Assembly: GCA_963812135.1 (NCBI GenBank)
Contig: CAWETU010000001.1
Span: 704,001-768,000 of the forward strand
Direction: 5' to 3'
Length of the DNA: 64,000 nt
Source: Vulcanimicrobiota bacterium
GTDB taxonomy: Bacteria > Vulcanimicrobiota > Vulcanimicrobiia > Eremiobacterales > Eremiobacteraceae
Part shown: piece after piece, positions 19,308 to 29,206 of the stretch
Layout of the letters: every line of letters starts with the position of its first letter
Position numbering within the stretch: the stretch's first letter is position 1
Position numbers and translations under genes: made by a program
The notes under the pieces: generated by a model
Told to the model about the DNA's origin: nothing
The model's database searches: none
What the model saw: only the letters and a program-made list of their open reading frames with translations

Positions 19308-19850
19308 CTAGGTCTTGCGCGCGGCCTCGATCTGATCGCAGACTGACTGCGCGTTTTCGATCAGCGTGAACGTCGGGAAGGTGACGCGCGTCGGCGCAAC
19401 CATCGCGCTTATGTTCGTCGGCACGGGCGTGCCCGGCACGCCGAAGGCGAGCGTGCCGACTCCATCCGCTCCAGTCGTGATACCGATGCCGCTGATATCC
19501 GAAATGGGGTAGCTCTGCACTTTGTCGTTGACCACGATGAGAATGCGCTTATTGGTCAGACCGTAGGATGTGTGCGCCCGCAGAGCCGAATCGGTAAAAA
19601 AGCGTCCGACGATCAGAAACAGGCCGATGAGCACGAACGGGATGCCCCACACTTGGAGCACCCAGAACTGGTGCGTGGTGACGACTTCATACTCCCAATA
19701 CAGCGCAAACCCGCCCCACATTAGGCTAACAGGAATCACCACCGCATCGGTCGGACGCAGCAGCAATCCTTGCTTGGGCATGCCGCTCCAAACGAGTTGC
19801 TCGTCGTCCGCTAGCTTGGAGCGTATGAGCGATTCAGCGCTATCAAGCAC
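19308..19850 (-). CDS. Two-TM membrane protein with a bacterial PH-like domain (start uncertain)
   Basis: DEQLVWSGMP, two TM helices, YGLTNKRILI, GVGTLAF. Confidence 0.7.
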   Translation of the reverse strand: MLDSAESLIRSKLADDEQLVWSGMPKQGLLLRPTDAVVIPVSLMWGGFALYWEYEVVTTHQFWVLQVWGIPFVLIGLFLIVGRFFTDSALRAHTSYGLTNKRILIVVNDKVQSYPISDISGIGITTGADGVGTLAFGVPGTPVPTNISAMVAPTRVTFPTFTLIENAQSVCDQIEAARKT

Positions 19851-19909
19851 AGACGCTACCTTCGAAGCGAGGAACACCTCACCTTCGGCACAGAAAGCTG
19901 AGGTCGACG

Positions 19910-21160
19910 ATGAGCTTTGACGACGTCTACGCCGCCTATAAGGATTACATCAATCCGCCGTTGGCACGCTTTATGAAACTTGCCGGCGCGACGGTCGAGA
20001 CCGAGGCGCGCGGCTGTCGCATCTTCGACGAGAACGGCAAGTCGTATCTCGATTTTTGCGGCGGCTATGGCGTCTTCACGCTCGGCTACCAGCACCCCAA
20101 AGTCGTCGCTGCGGTGCGCGAGCAGTTGGAGCACATGGCGCTGTCGTCCCGTGTGTTCTTCAATGCGAAGACCGCGGCGCTCGCCAAAGAGCTCGCGCGG
20201 ATCGCGCCAGGCGACCTGCAGATCAGTTTCTTCTCGAACAGCGGCACCGAAGCGGTCGAAGCCGCGCTCAAGACCGCGCGGCTCTCGTCCAAGCGCACGA
20301 TGATCGTCGCGACCGACAACGCCTATCACGGCAAGACGATGGGCAGCCTCACCGCCACCGGTCGCGATCTCTTCAAAGATTCGTTCAAGCCGCTCGTCCC
20401 CGAGTTCTGCCACGTCCCCTTCGGCGATCTCGACGCGCTCGATCGTGCGCTGCCCGGCGCGGCGGCGTTCATCGTCGAGCCGGTGCAATGCGAAGGCGGC
20501 GTGATTGTGCCACCTGACGGCTACCTGCGCGGCGTCCGCGATCTCTGCGACACGCACGGCGTGCTGTTCATCGCAGACGAAGTGCAGACCGGGCTCGGCC
20601 GCACAGGCTATCTCTGGGGCGTGGATTACGACGGCGTCGTGCCCGATATCATCGCGGCGGCGAAGGGTCTGTCGGGCGGCGTCGTGCCGATCGGCGCGAC
20701 AATCAGCAAGTACGATGTGTGGATGCGCGCGTTCGGCCATGCGCCGCTGTTGCACACTTCGACGTTCGGCGGCAACCCGCTCGCGTGCACCGCGGGTTTG
20801 GCGGCGCTCAAGGTGCTGCAAGAAGAACGGCTCGTCGACCGCTCGCGTGAACTCGGCGACTACATGCTTGCGCGCGCCGGAGAAGTCATGGCGCGTCATC
20901 CAGACGTCATCGCGCAAGTGCGCGGCCGCGGCTTGGTGGTCGGCGTCGAGCTGACGAACGAAGGGTACGGTGGCGTCATCATACCCGAATGCCTCAAGCT
21001 CGGCTTGACGGCGGCCTACACGCTCAATCAGCAAAAGGTGATCCGCCTCGAACCACCGCTCGTCGTCACCAAAGAAGAGATCGATGAGGCGTTGCGCTTG
21101 TTCGAACAAGGAGTGGCCAAGGCCAAGGAAAAACTCGGGGAGCTGACACGCACCTCCTAG
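19910..21160 (+). CDS. Class III PLP aminotransferase (putrescine/acetylornithine-type)
   Basis: FSNSGTEAVEAALK, YHGKT, IVEPVQ, DEVQTGLGRTG, AAKGLSGG, STFGGNP. Confidence 0.93.
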   Translation: MSFDDVYAAYKDYINPPLARFMKLAGATVETEARGCRIFDENGKSYLDFCGGYGVFTLGYQHPKVVAAVREQLEHMALSSRVFFNAKTAALAKELARIAPGDLQISFFSNSGTEAVEAALKTARLSSKRTMIVATDNAYHGKTMGSLTATGRDLFKDSFKPLVPEFCHVPFGDLDALDRALPGAAAFIVEPVQCEGGVIVPPDGYLRGVRDLCDTHGVLFIADEVQTGLGRTGYLWGVDYDGVVPDIIAAAKGLSGGVVPIGATISKYDVWMRAFGHAPLLHTSTFGGNPLACTAGLAALKVLQEERLVDRSRELGDYMLARAGEVMARHPDVIAQVRGRGLVVGVELTNEGYGGVIIPECLKLGLTAAYTLNQQKVIRLEPPLVVTKEEIDEALRLFEQGVAKAKEKLGELTRTS

Positions 21161-21178
21161 AGAAAACGCTGCTCCGAG

Positions 21179-21198
21179 CGGCCGAGTTTACTCGGCCG
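21179..21198. repeat. REP-like palindrome variant
   Basis: CGGCCGAGT-tt-ACTCGGCCG; same architecture as the other copies but without a GTAG head. Confidence 0.5.
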
Positions 21199-21230
21199 TT
21201 TTACACACCTGCAGGGAACCGATATCGCCC

Positions 21231-21668
21231 ATGCCCTATGTAGAGACCGCGATCGACATCGCCGCGCCGGCCCGCGCGATCTACGAGCTCGCCAAGGACA
21301 TGGAACGCTATCCCGAGTTCATGCCCGACGTCGAAGTCGTCAAGGTGCTCAAACGTGACGGCAACACCACCACGACCCGCTGGAAGACGCTTGTCGAAGA
21401 GGCGCCGATCGAATGGACGGAAGTCGACGTGTTCGACGATGCCCGCAATCGCATCGACTACCGGCTTATCGAAGGCGATCTCGACAAGTTCGAGGGCGCG
21501 TGGACGTTTGAGGAAAGCGACGGCGTCACGCACGTGGTGCTCGGCGTCGACTACGACTTCGGCGTGCCGACATTGGCCGAGCTCATCGGTCCGACGTTGC
21601 AGAAAAAGGTCGAAGAGAACTCGCTGATGATGCTCACGGCGCTCAAGACGCGAGCCGAAAAGGGTTAA
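21231..21668 (+). CDS. SRPBCC / polyketide cyclase family protein
   Basis: IDIAAPARAIYELAKDMERYPEFMP, WTE, GDLDKFEGAW. Confidence 0.88.
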   Translation: MPYVETAIDIAAPARAIYELAKDMERYPEFMPDVEVVKVLKRDGNTTTTRWKTLVEEAPIEWTEVDVFDDARNRIDYRLIEGDLDKFEGAWTFEESDGVTHVVLGVDYDFGVPTLAELIGPTLQKKVEENSLMMLTALKTRAEKG

Positions 21669-21756
21669 TACCAGGAGCGCGCGTCCTCATCTTCGAAACG
21701 CAAAGGAACCTACCCGGCCGCTTTTGCGACTGGGCTCCCCGAGGTCAAGCCCCGCA

Positions 21757-22926
21757 TTGCGCAAGTTCGGCTTTCTCGTTCATCCGTTGTCCTATGACGA
21801 CGTCGAGCGCTACGACCCAGGCGCCGTCGGCAAGGGCCGGCCTATCATAAAGAAGATTCTCGAATGGATCCCGCCCTATCGGGTGTCGGATATCGTCGGC
21901 GTGCGCAGCGAGGCGACGGGCGAGGAGATTGCCGGGCACTTCATCGGCGTGCCGATCATGCCCGAGCAGTGGCTCGAATTGCCCCGCGCGGACATCATGG
22001 GGCGGCTCGTCGGCGCTGCTGAGCTTGCGAAGAAGCTGGGCTGCGGCATCATCGGCCTGGGCGGCTTCTCGTCAGTCGTCGGTGACGGCGGCGTGACGCT
22101 GGCTGAAACCGTTTCCGGCATCGCGATCACGACGGGCAATACCTACACTATCGCGGCCGGCTTGCAGAGTCTCTTCCGCGCGGCGCGCGAGCTGGAGATC
22201 GATTTGCCGACGGCGTCGGCGGTCGTCATCGGCGCCACCGGCAGCATCGGCTCGGCCTGCGCGCAGATCCTCGGCAACAAAGTGGCTCGCGTGACGCTTG
22301 CCGCGCGCAACGCGACGCGGCTGAAGAATCTCGCGCACGCGATGCAGCCGCACGTGTCGGCCGCGCTCGACTGGACGACCGACGTCCGCGCCGCGGTGCG
22401 CAACGCGGACCTGGTCCTCACGGCGACCTCGGCCGTCTCGGCGATCGTCGAACCCGAAGACCTGCGTCCCGGCGCGGTGATCAGCGAAGTGTCGCTGCCG
22501 CACGATGTCTCCCGGCGCGTGGGGTCCGAACGGCCCGACGTGCTGGTGAGCGAAGGCGGCAACATCCTCGTGCCCGGCGAGCCGAACTTCAATTTCGATT
22601 TCGGGTTGCCGCCGCGCACGGCGCTCGCGTGCATGTCCGAGACCATGATCCTCACGCTGGAGGATCGTTTCGAGAACTACTCACTGGGCCGCGGCATCCA
22701 CCTCGACAAGGTGCTCGAGATCGAGCGCCTTGCCGAGAAGCATGGCTTCAGACTCGCGGGCATGCGCGCGTTCGACAAAGCCGTCAGCGACGAGCAGATA
22801 CAGCGCACGCGCGAAGCCGCGCGCGCCGCACGCGCCGCGGCGCAGGTCGCGCCGGCGGCGCCGGTCGGCGTGCCGGCGAACGGCAGCCCAACCGCGGCTG
22901 CAAGCCGCGGCGCGAGCGTGCAATGA
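21757..22926 (+). CDS. Acyl-ACP reductase-like NAD(P)-dependent enzyme (COG5322-type)
   Basis: GLGGFSSVV, TTGNTYT, VIGATGSIG, ACMSETMIL and NYSLGR parallel the cyanobacterial AAR motifs. Confidence 0.75.
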   Translation: MRKFGFLVHPLSYDDVERYDPGAVGKGRPIIKKILEWIPPYRVSDIVGVRSEATGEEIAGHFIGVPIMPEQWLELPRADIMGRLVGAAELAKKLGCGIIGLGGFSSVVGDGGVTLAETVSGIAITTGNTYTIAAGLQSLFRAARELEIDLPTASAVVIGATGSIGSACAQILGNKVARVTLAARNATRLKNLAHAMQPHVSAALDWTTDVRAAVRNADLVLTATSAVSAIVEPEDLRPGAVISEVSLPHDVSRRVGSERPDVLVSEGGNILVPGEPNFNFDFGLPPRTALACMSETMILTLEDRFENYSLGRGIHLDKVLEIERLAEKHGFRLAGMRAFDKAVSDEQIQRTREAARAARAAAQVAPAAPVGVPANGSPTAAASRGASVQ

Positions 22927-23843
22927 AGAAGATCGTTTCGGTGAGTCTCGGTTCGTCCACGCGCGATCATCACGTCGACGTCGAGTGGCTGGGAGAGCGG
23001 TTTGACATCAGCCGCATCGGCTTCGACGGTTCGCTCGATCGCGCGATCGCCAAATTGCACGAGCTGGACGGCACAGTCGACGCGATTGGCCTCGGCGGCA
23101 TCGATGTCTATCTCTACGCGGGCACCAAGCGCTATGCGCTGCGCGACGGATTGCGCATGCTCGACGCGGTCAAGCAGACGCCCGTCGTCGACGGCAGCGG
23201 CCTCAAGAACACGCTCGAGCGCGAGACGGTGCGCCGGCTGCAATCGGACGGGGTGCTCGACTTTCGCGGCCTGCCGGTACTGATGGTCAGCGCGCTCGAT
23301 CGCTTCGGCATGGCCCAGGCGTTGGTCGAGGCCGGCGCGCAGGTGACCTTCGGCGATTTTATCTTCGCGCTTGGCATCGACAAGCCGGTCACCTCGTTGC
23401 ACGAGTTCGAGGCGTTGGCCGAGAAGTATCTGCCCGACGCCTGCAAGCTGCCGTTCCAGTTCTTCTATCCGACGGGCAAGAAACAGGAGAAGCCGCCGGA
23501 GCCGAAGTTCTCGCGGTATTACGCCGACGCGAAGGTGATCGCCGGCGATTTCCATTTCATCCGCCAGCACATGCCGGACGATCTGCGCGGCAAGACGATC
23601 CTCACCAACACGGTGACGCAGACGAACGTCGAAGAGCTGCGCGACCGTGGCGCCGCTCGTCTGGTGACGAGTACGCCGAATCTCGGCGGCCGTTCGTTCG
23701 GCACCAATGTGATGGAAGCGGCGCTGCTCGCGCTGCTCGGCAAGCGCTGGCAGGACGTCACCGAAGACGATTACCTGCGCCTGCTGCACGAGTTGAACTT
23801 CGCGCCGCGCGTCGAGAACTTCGCTGCCGTCGCGACGACGTAA
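22923..23843 (+). CDS. Conserved protein of the so-called 'quinate 5-dehydrogenase' family; function unverified
   Basis: VSVSLGSSTRD, DAIGLGGID, PVVDGSGLKNTLE, VSALDRFGMA, YPTG, GRSFGTNVMEA. Confidence 0.75.
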   Translation: MKKIVSVSLGSSTRDHHVDVEWLGERFDISRIGFDGSLDRAIAKLHELDGTVDAIGLGGIDVYLYAGTKRYALRDGLRMLDAVKQTPVVDGSGLKNTLERETVRRLQSDGVLDFRGLPVLMVSALDRFGMAQALVEAGAQVTFGDFIFALGIDKPVTSLHEFEALAEKYLPDACKLPFQFFYPTGKKQEKPPEPKFSRYYADAKVIAGDFHFIRQHMPDDLRGKTILTNTVTQTNVEELRDRGAARLVTSTPNLGGRSFGTNVMEAALLALLGKRWQDVTEDDYLRLLHELNFAPRVENFAAVATT

Positions 23844-23868
23844 CCCCCAACAAACCTGAAAGGCAATA

Positions 23869-24375
23869 ATGCAAGAGAAAGAGACCGTACTCACCGCAGA
23901 CGGACTGCGCAAGTTAGAGGCAGAGCTCGACGAGCTCAAGACCGTGCACCGCAAAGAGGTGAACGACCGCATCCGCCAGGCCAAAGAATTCGGCGATATC
24001 TCCGAAAACGCGGAGTACGAGGACGCCAAGCAAGAGCAGGCGTTCATCGAAGGCCGCATCATGAAACTCGAGGCGATGATCCGCAACGCGAAGATCATCG
24101 TCGAAGGCGAGGGCGGCGCGGACGAAGTGCATCTGGCGAGCACCGTGCGCGTGAAGAACCTCACCACCGGATCGGAGAACGAATACACGATCGTCGGCAG
24201 CGCGGAAAGCGATCCGCTGCGCGCCAAGATCTCCAATGAGTCGCCGATCGGCACCGCGCTCATCGGCGCGAAGCCGGGCCAGACCGTGACGGCGACGACC
24301 CCGAGCGGCGACGTGCAGCTCAAGATCATCTCCATCAAAGCGAATCGCAAGAGCGGCAAAGCGAAGGCGCGTTGA
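23869..24375 (+). CDS. greA: Transcription elongation factor GreA
   Basis: GDISENAEYEDAKQEQ, ISNESPIG. Confidence 0.97.
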   Translation: MQEKETVLTADGLRKLEAELDELKTVHRKEVNDRIRQAKEFGDISENAEYEDAKQEQAFIEGRIMKLEAMIRNAKIIVEGEGGADEVHLASTVRVKNLTTGSENEYTIVGSAESDPLRAKISNESPIGTALIGAKPGQTVTATTPSGDVQLKIISIKANRKSGKAKAR

Positions 24376-25868
24376 GCGAAGACCAAGAGCTCGGGTCGAC
24401 CGAAGCTGAGCTGATCAATGCGCGCCGAGCCAAGCTCGACGCGCTACGTTCATCCGGACGCGATCCGTTCGCCATCACCAAGTTCGAGCGCACACATGTC
24501 GCGCGCGAGCTGCACGAGGCGTATGGCGCGCTCAAGCCGGGGGAGCACGCGGGCGTGACGGTCGCGGCCGCTGGGCGGCTCGGCACGGTGCGCTGGATGG
24601 GCAAGAAGGCGGTGTTTTCGGACATCGCCGATCAGTCGGGCCGCATCCAGCTCTACTTCCGCGCTGACAAGCTCGGCGACGAGTTTTCGTCGGTCGAGTC
24701 GCTCGACCGCGGCGACATCGTCGGCGTGGACGGCGAGCCGTTCGTCACCAAGACCGGCGAGCTGACCCTGGCGGTCAAGAGCTTGCAGGTGCTCGCCAAA
24801 GCGCTGCGGCCGCTGCCCGAGAAATGGCACGGCCTCACCGATCACGAGGCGCGCTACCGGCGCCGCTACGTCGACCTCATCGTCAACCGTCCGGTCCTCG
24901 AAACGATGTTGCTGCGCAGCCGGCTGCTCGCCGAAACGCGCCGCTATCTCGACGATCGCGGCTTCGTGGAGGTCGAAACGCCCGTCTTGCTGTCGATCGC
25001 CGGCGGGGCCAACGCACGGCCCTTCGTCACGCAGTCGCATGCGCTTGACATCTCGCTGCAGATGCGCATCGCGACGGAGCTGAACCTCAAACGCTGCATC
25101 GTGGGCGGGATCGAGAAGGTCTACGAGCTCGGACGCATCTTTCGCAACGAAGGCATCGATCGCACGCACAATCCGGAATTCACCATGCTCGAGCTCTACC
25201 AAGCGTACGGTGATGTCAATAGCATGATGGACCTGTCCGAAGATTGGATTTTGCACTTAGCTGCCGTCGCAGGCGCGCGCGGCGAGCACGAGTTCGGTGG
25301 CGAGAAGATCGCGTTGGAGCGCCCGTTCGCGCGGATCGCGTACCTGGATGCGCTCAAGCAATGGGGCGATCTTTCGCGCGAGGACATCTTGGACGATTGG
25401 AAGGCGCGCGAGACCGCGAAGAAGCTCAAGATCGCGACGCATCCCGGCGACAGTCACGCGCACGTCATCGACAAGATATTCGAGACCGTCGCCGAGCCGC
25501 ATCTCGTCAACCCGACCTTCATCACCGATTTTCCCGTCGTGCTGTCGCCGCTCGCCAAGCGCAAGGCCGACGACACGCAGTTGGTCGAGCGCTTCGAGCT
25601 GTTCATCGCGCACATGGAGATCGTCAACGCGTTCTCGGAGCTCAACGATCCCGACGATCAGCGCAAGCGTTTTGAGGCGCAGGCAGCGGAGCGCGCGGCC
25701 GGCGATGCCGAAGCGCCCGAACCCGATTGGGACTACGTGCAAGCGCTCGAATATGGAATGCCGCCCACCGGCGGTCTCGGCAGCGGCATCGACCGTTTGG
25801 TGATGCTGTTGACGGGCGAGCGCTCGATCCGCGACGTCTTGTTGTTCCCGCTGCAAAAACCCGAATGA
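24372..25868 (+). CDS. lysS: Lysine--tRNA ligase (class II)
   Basis: LRPLPEKWHGL, RYRRRYVDL, GGANARPF, FRNEG, HNPEFT, YGMPPTGG. Confidence 0.98.
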   Translation: MSEDQELGSTEAELINARRAKLDALRSSGRDPFAITKFERTHVARELHEAYGALKPGEHAGVTVAAAGRLGTVRWMGKKAVFSDIADQSGRIQLYFRADKLGDEFSSVESLDRGDIVGVDGEPFVTKTGELTLAVKSLQVLAKALRPLPEKWHGLTDHEARYRRRYVDLIVNRPVLETMLLRSRLLAETRRYLDDRGFVEVETPVLLSIAGGANARPFVTQSHALDISLQMRIATELNLKRCIVGGIEKVYELGRIFRNEGIDRTHNPEFTMLELYQAYGDVNSMMDLSEDWILHLAAVAGARGEHEFGGEKIALERPFARIAYLDALKQWGDLSREDILDDWKARETAKKLKIATHPGDSHAHVIDKIFETVAEPHLVNPTFITDFPVVLSPLAKRKADDTQLVERFELFIAHMEIVNAFSELNDPDDQRKRFEAQAAERAAGDAEAPEPDWDYVQALEYGMPPTGGLGSGIDRLVMLLTGERSIRDVLLFPLQKPE

Positions 25869-26626
25869 CCGAGCCCGGGCGCACGGTCGCGCTCGTCGTC
25901 GAATACGAAGGCACGCATTTCCACGGGTTCCAACGCCAGCCGGGATTACGCACCGTCGCCGGCGAGCTCGAACGCGCGCTGAGCCTCCTATGCGGTCAGC
26001 CGATCGAGATCGTGGGCGCCGGCCGCACCGACGCGGGCGTCCACGCGACCGGCCAAGTGGTCAGCTTCGAGACGACGTTTGCCGGTCCGATCGCGCGCAT
26101 GCCGATCTCGTTGACCGGAATGCTCAAAGATGAAGGCATTGCGATCGTGCGGGCGGTGGAGCGGGCGCCGGGATTCTCCGCGCGCCACGACGCGCTGGCG
26201 CGGACGTATCTCTACCGCATTCTGAACCGGCTCTCACCGTCGCCGCTGCTGGACCACCGAGCGCTGTTCGTACGCGCGCCGCTCGACATCGACGCCATGC
26301 GAGCCGCGACAGAGCCTCTGCTCGGCGAACACGACTTCACCTCGTTTTGCGCGCAACCGCCAGAACGCGGCCGGCCGGTGCGGATCATCGAACGGCTGCA
26401 GCTCGAACGGCACGACGACATGATCGAGCTGACGATCACCGCGGATTCGTTCTTGCACCAGATGGTGCGCATCATCGTCGGGACGCTTCTCGAGATCGGT
26501 CGAGGCCGCCGGCCCGTCTCCGATATCCACCTAATTCTCGCCGCGCGCGATCGCGTGGCCGCGGGCGCGACCGCGCCACCGCACGCGCTGTATCTCACGA
26601 ACGTCAAGTACGCCGACCCTTTGTAG
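25865..26626 (+). CDS. truA: tRNA pseudouridine(38-40) synthase
   Basis: YEGTHFHGFQ, AGRTDAGVHA, GEHDFTSF, FLHQMVR. Confidence 0.96.
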   Translation: MTEPGRTVALVVEYEGTHFHGFQRQPGLRTVAGELERALSLLCGQPIEIVGAGRTDAGVHATGQVVSFETTFAGPIARMPISLTGMLKDEGIAIVRAVERAPGFSARHDALARTYLYRILNRLSPSPLLDHRALFVRAPLDIDAMRAATEPLLGEHDFTSFCAQPPERGRPVRIIERLQLERHDDMIELTITADSFLHQMVRIIVGTLLEIGRGRRPVSDIHLILAARDRVAAGATAPPHALYLTNVKYADPL

Positions 26627-26646
26627 CGGTCGAATTTATTCGACCG
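26623..26646 (+). repeat. GTAG-headed REP-like palindrome, copy 3
   Basis: GTAG-CGGTCGAA-ttta-TTCGACCG; its TAG is the truA stop codon. Confidence 0.8.
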
Positions 26647-26681
26647 GGTCATGCGCGCTTCGACGACGAATACGACGTCGA

Positions 26682-27440
26682 ATGGACCAACCTAACCCCG
26701 AACCCCAAAAAGACGCTCTGGCGGAATACCAGCATCTGCTGCCGCCTGGGTTGGCGCAGCACAAGACGGTCACGATTCCGCCCCGCAAGGATGCCTCGCG
26801 CACCGGCGGTGCGATCGGCATCGGAGCCGTGTTGATCGCGCTGCTCGTGAAGTTCAAGACGGTGCTGCTCGTCTTGCTCAACTTCAAATGGGTCGCGATC
26901 GGGCTGAAGATCCTGCTGTCGTCGGGCACGATGTTGGCGAGCATCTGGGCGTGGTCGCTCCTATACGGCTGGAGCTTTGCGACGGGTTTCGTGCTTCTTA
27001 TTCTCGTGCACGAGCTAGGGCACGTGGCGGCGCTGCGGGCTTATGGGATGAAATCCAGCTTGCCGATGTTCATCCCGTTCATCGGCGCGTTCGTCGCCCA
27101 CAAGGAACAGGCGCCGAGCCCGAAAGCGTCAGCGTTCATCTCGCTGGCGGGTCCTGCGGTCGGCGGCCTCGGCGCGCTTGCGTGCTTCATCACGGGAATC
27201 TACACCGGATCGCCCTATTGGTTCGCGCTCGCATCGCTCGCGTTCGTGATCAACTTGTTCAACTTGCTGCCGATCGGACCGCTTGACGGCGGGCATATCG
27301 CGGGTGCGCTCCATTCGATGAATGACCCGGCGATGAGCGCGCAGCGGACGCAGGTGTTGTGGTCGACCATCGCCGTTGCGGCCGCGTTGTTCGTGCTGTG
27401 GCTGGCCGCAGGTCACGCGTTGGCCGCCACGCCCCGATGA
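26682..27440 (+). CDS. Site-2 protease (M50) family membrane metalloprotease
   Basis: HELGH, SLAGP, NLFNLLPIGPLDGG. Confidence 0.92.
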   Translation: MDQPNPEPQKDALAEYQHLLPPGLAQHKTVTIPPRKDASRTGGAIGIGAVLIALLVKFKTVLLVLLNFKWVAIGLKILLSSGTMLASIWAWSLLYGWSFATGFVLLILVHELGHVAALRAYGMKSSLPMFIPFIGAFVAHKEQAPSPKASAFISLAGPAVGGLGALACFITGIYTGSPYWFALASLAFVINLFNLLPIGPLDGGHIAGALHSMNDPAMSAQRTQVLWSTIAVAAALFVLWLAAGHALAATPR

Positions 27441-27496
27441 TCGCCGCGTTTTTCAATCCTGCCCATTGGGACAAAGCCGAAAGGCCACGCCGAAAC

Positions 27497-27526
27497 TTGA
27501 CGCAACAGCCCGCGCTCGCGTATTAT
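27497..27526 (+). promoter_or_regulatory. Sigma70 promoter of rplM-rpsI
   Basis: TTGACG-N18-TATTAT. Confidence 0.7.
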
Positions 27527-27584
27527 TGTCGTTGTCCCTCCCCGCCGGGGTAGGGTTTCTTTCTGACAGGACACCCCACAGTCA

Positions 27585-28016
27585 ATGCGCACCCAACTCC
27601 TCGCTAAGGACGCCATCAAGCGGCAATGGTTCATCGTCGACGCCAAGGGCCAGACGCTGGGCCGTCTCTCGGCGCGCGTCGCCGCCGTGCTGATCGGCAA
27701 GCACAAACCTGATTTCACGCCTCACGCGGATTGCGGTGACTATGTCATCGTGGTCAATGCGGAACAGGTCCACCTCACCGGCAAGAAGTGGACCGACAAG
27801 CTTTACCGGCACCACACGCAGTACCCGGGCGGACTGCTGACCCAGACCGCCGGCGACATCAAGGCCAAGCATCCCGAGCGTCTGGTCGAGTACGCCGTGC
27901 GTGGGATGTTGCCGCTCAATAAGATCCGCGCGCAGCGCATGAAGCGGTTGCGCGTGTTCGTAGGCGCCGAGCACGATCACGGCGCGCACAAACCGCAACC
28001 CTTGAAAGTAGATTGA
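27585..28016 (+). CDS. rplM: 50S ribosomal protein L13
   Basis: [40 protein letters not shown]. Confidence 0.98.
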   Translation: MRTQLLAKDAIKRQWFIVDAKGQTLGRLSARVAAVLIGKHKPDFTPHADCGDYVIVVNAEQVHLTGKKWTDKLYRHHTQYPGGLLTQTAGDIKAKHPERLVEYAVRGMLPLNKIRAQRMKRLRVFVGAEHDHGAHKPQPLKVD

Positions 28017-28417
28017 TGGCTATCACCGCTCCTAGCGTTCCTCGCGGCACCGGACGGCGCAAACGCGCTGTGGTGCGCGTGCGACTCGCGCCCGGCACGG
28101 GCGAGATCACGATCAACGGCAAGGAAGCCGACAAATACCTCTGCCGCGCGACGCTGATGCAGATCGTGCGTCAACCATTCGAAGCGACGAACAGCGTCGG
28201 ACGCTTCAACGTCACCGTCAATGCATTCGGCGGCGGGCTCACCGGCCAGGCCGGCGCGATCCGCCACGGTATCGCCCGAGCGCTCGTGTCCGCAGATGAG
28301 ACGCTGCGGCCGGTGCTGCGCAAGGCCGGGTTGCTCACGCGCGACCCGCGTGAGAAAGAATCGAAGAAGTACGGACGCAAGCGCGCCCGCAAACGCTTCC
28401 AGTTCAGCAAGCGATAA
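28016..28417 (+). CDS. rpsI: 30S ribosomal protein S9
   Basis: [38 protein letters not shown]. Confidence 0.98.
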   Translation: MAITAPSVPRGTGRRKRAVVRVRLAPGTGEITINGKEADKYLCRATLMQIVRQPFEATNSVGRFNVTVNAFGGGLTGQAGAIRHGIARALVSADETLRPVLRKAGLLTRDPREKESKKYGRKRARKRFQFSKR

Positions 28418-28424
28418 GAGACAA

Positions 28425-28448
28425 GAAGGCCGGCGTAAGCCGGCCTTC
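28425..28448 (+). terminator. Hairpin/terminator after rpsI
   Basis: GAAGGCCGGC-gtaa-GCCGGCCTTC. Confidence 0.6.
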
Positions 28449-28463
28449 GTATATGTCGCCTCT

Positions 28464-28703
28464 ATGAGCAACGAACTATCGTTCGCAGCCGACATCCGGC
28501 CCATGTTCACCGAGACCGACGTCGACCATATGCAGAACTATGGCATCGATCTGAGCAGCTTAGAGGAAGTGGTGCAGCACGCCGATGCCATCTATGCTGT
28601 GGTGAGCGACGGGAGCATGCCGCCAAAGGGCACCGGTGATCAGTGGACGCCCGAGATGTGCGCGCGTTTCAAAGCGTGGCAGACGCAGGGCTGTAAGCCC
28701 TAG
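28464..28703 (+). CDS. Small hypothetical protein (79 aa)
   Basis: LSFAADIRPMF...DLSS...GSMPP...W...FKAW pattern, reminiscent of cytochrome-c-like mini-domains but without CxxCH. Confidence 0.7.
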   Translation: MSNELSFAADIRPMFTETDVDHMQNYGIDLSSLEEVVQHADAIYAVVSDGSMPPKGTGDQWTPEMCARFKAWQTQGCKP

Positions 28704-29197
28704 CGCGACCGCCCGCTCCGGCTCCACCACGCGGCGAACGCGAATGCGACAACCGCAGCGGAGAACCACACGAAGGCGGCATCGGGCCGGCCTTCCCAAT
28801 TGCCCCTTGCGCTGAAGATCGAGATGTTGAGCGGGATGAGCTGATCGCTGATCGGCCAGCTCAGGGCATTTGCTTCGCGAATCGCGAGAAATTCGATCGC
28901 AGCGAACTCGAGACATTGGACGATGAATGCGACTACGGCGAGTTGCAGGATGCTTTGGCGAATCGGGCGATCGCGCAGCCAGACAAAATATGAGAGCGCG
29001 AACGCCGAACCGAGGATCACTAGGCCGCCAAGCCCATAGATGATCGCGTAGCCCAAGTGTTCGACCGGTCCTCTGGTCGTGTAGAAGACCGGACCCCACA
29101 TCTGATTGATCAGCGCGGCGAAGGCGTACGTGCACACGCCGCCCACGAAACTGAATAGCGCGGACCACAAGATGGCCTTGAAGACGCGCGCGATCAC
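28700..29197 (-). CDS. Hypothetical four-TM membrane protein
   Basis: Four hydrophobic segments; GC lower than neighbours. Confidence 0.6.
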   Translation of the reverse strand: MIARVFKAILWSALFSFVGGVCTYAFAALINQMWGPVFYTTRGPVEHLGYAIIYGLGGLVILGSAFALSYFVWLRDRPIRQSILQLAVVAFIVQCLEFAAIEFLAIREANALSWPISDQLIPLNISIFSARGNWEGRPDAAFVWFSAAVVAFAFAAWWSRSGRSR

Positions 29198-29206
29198 GCC
29201 GCCGCG

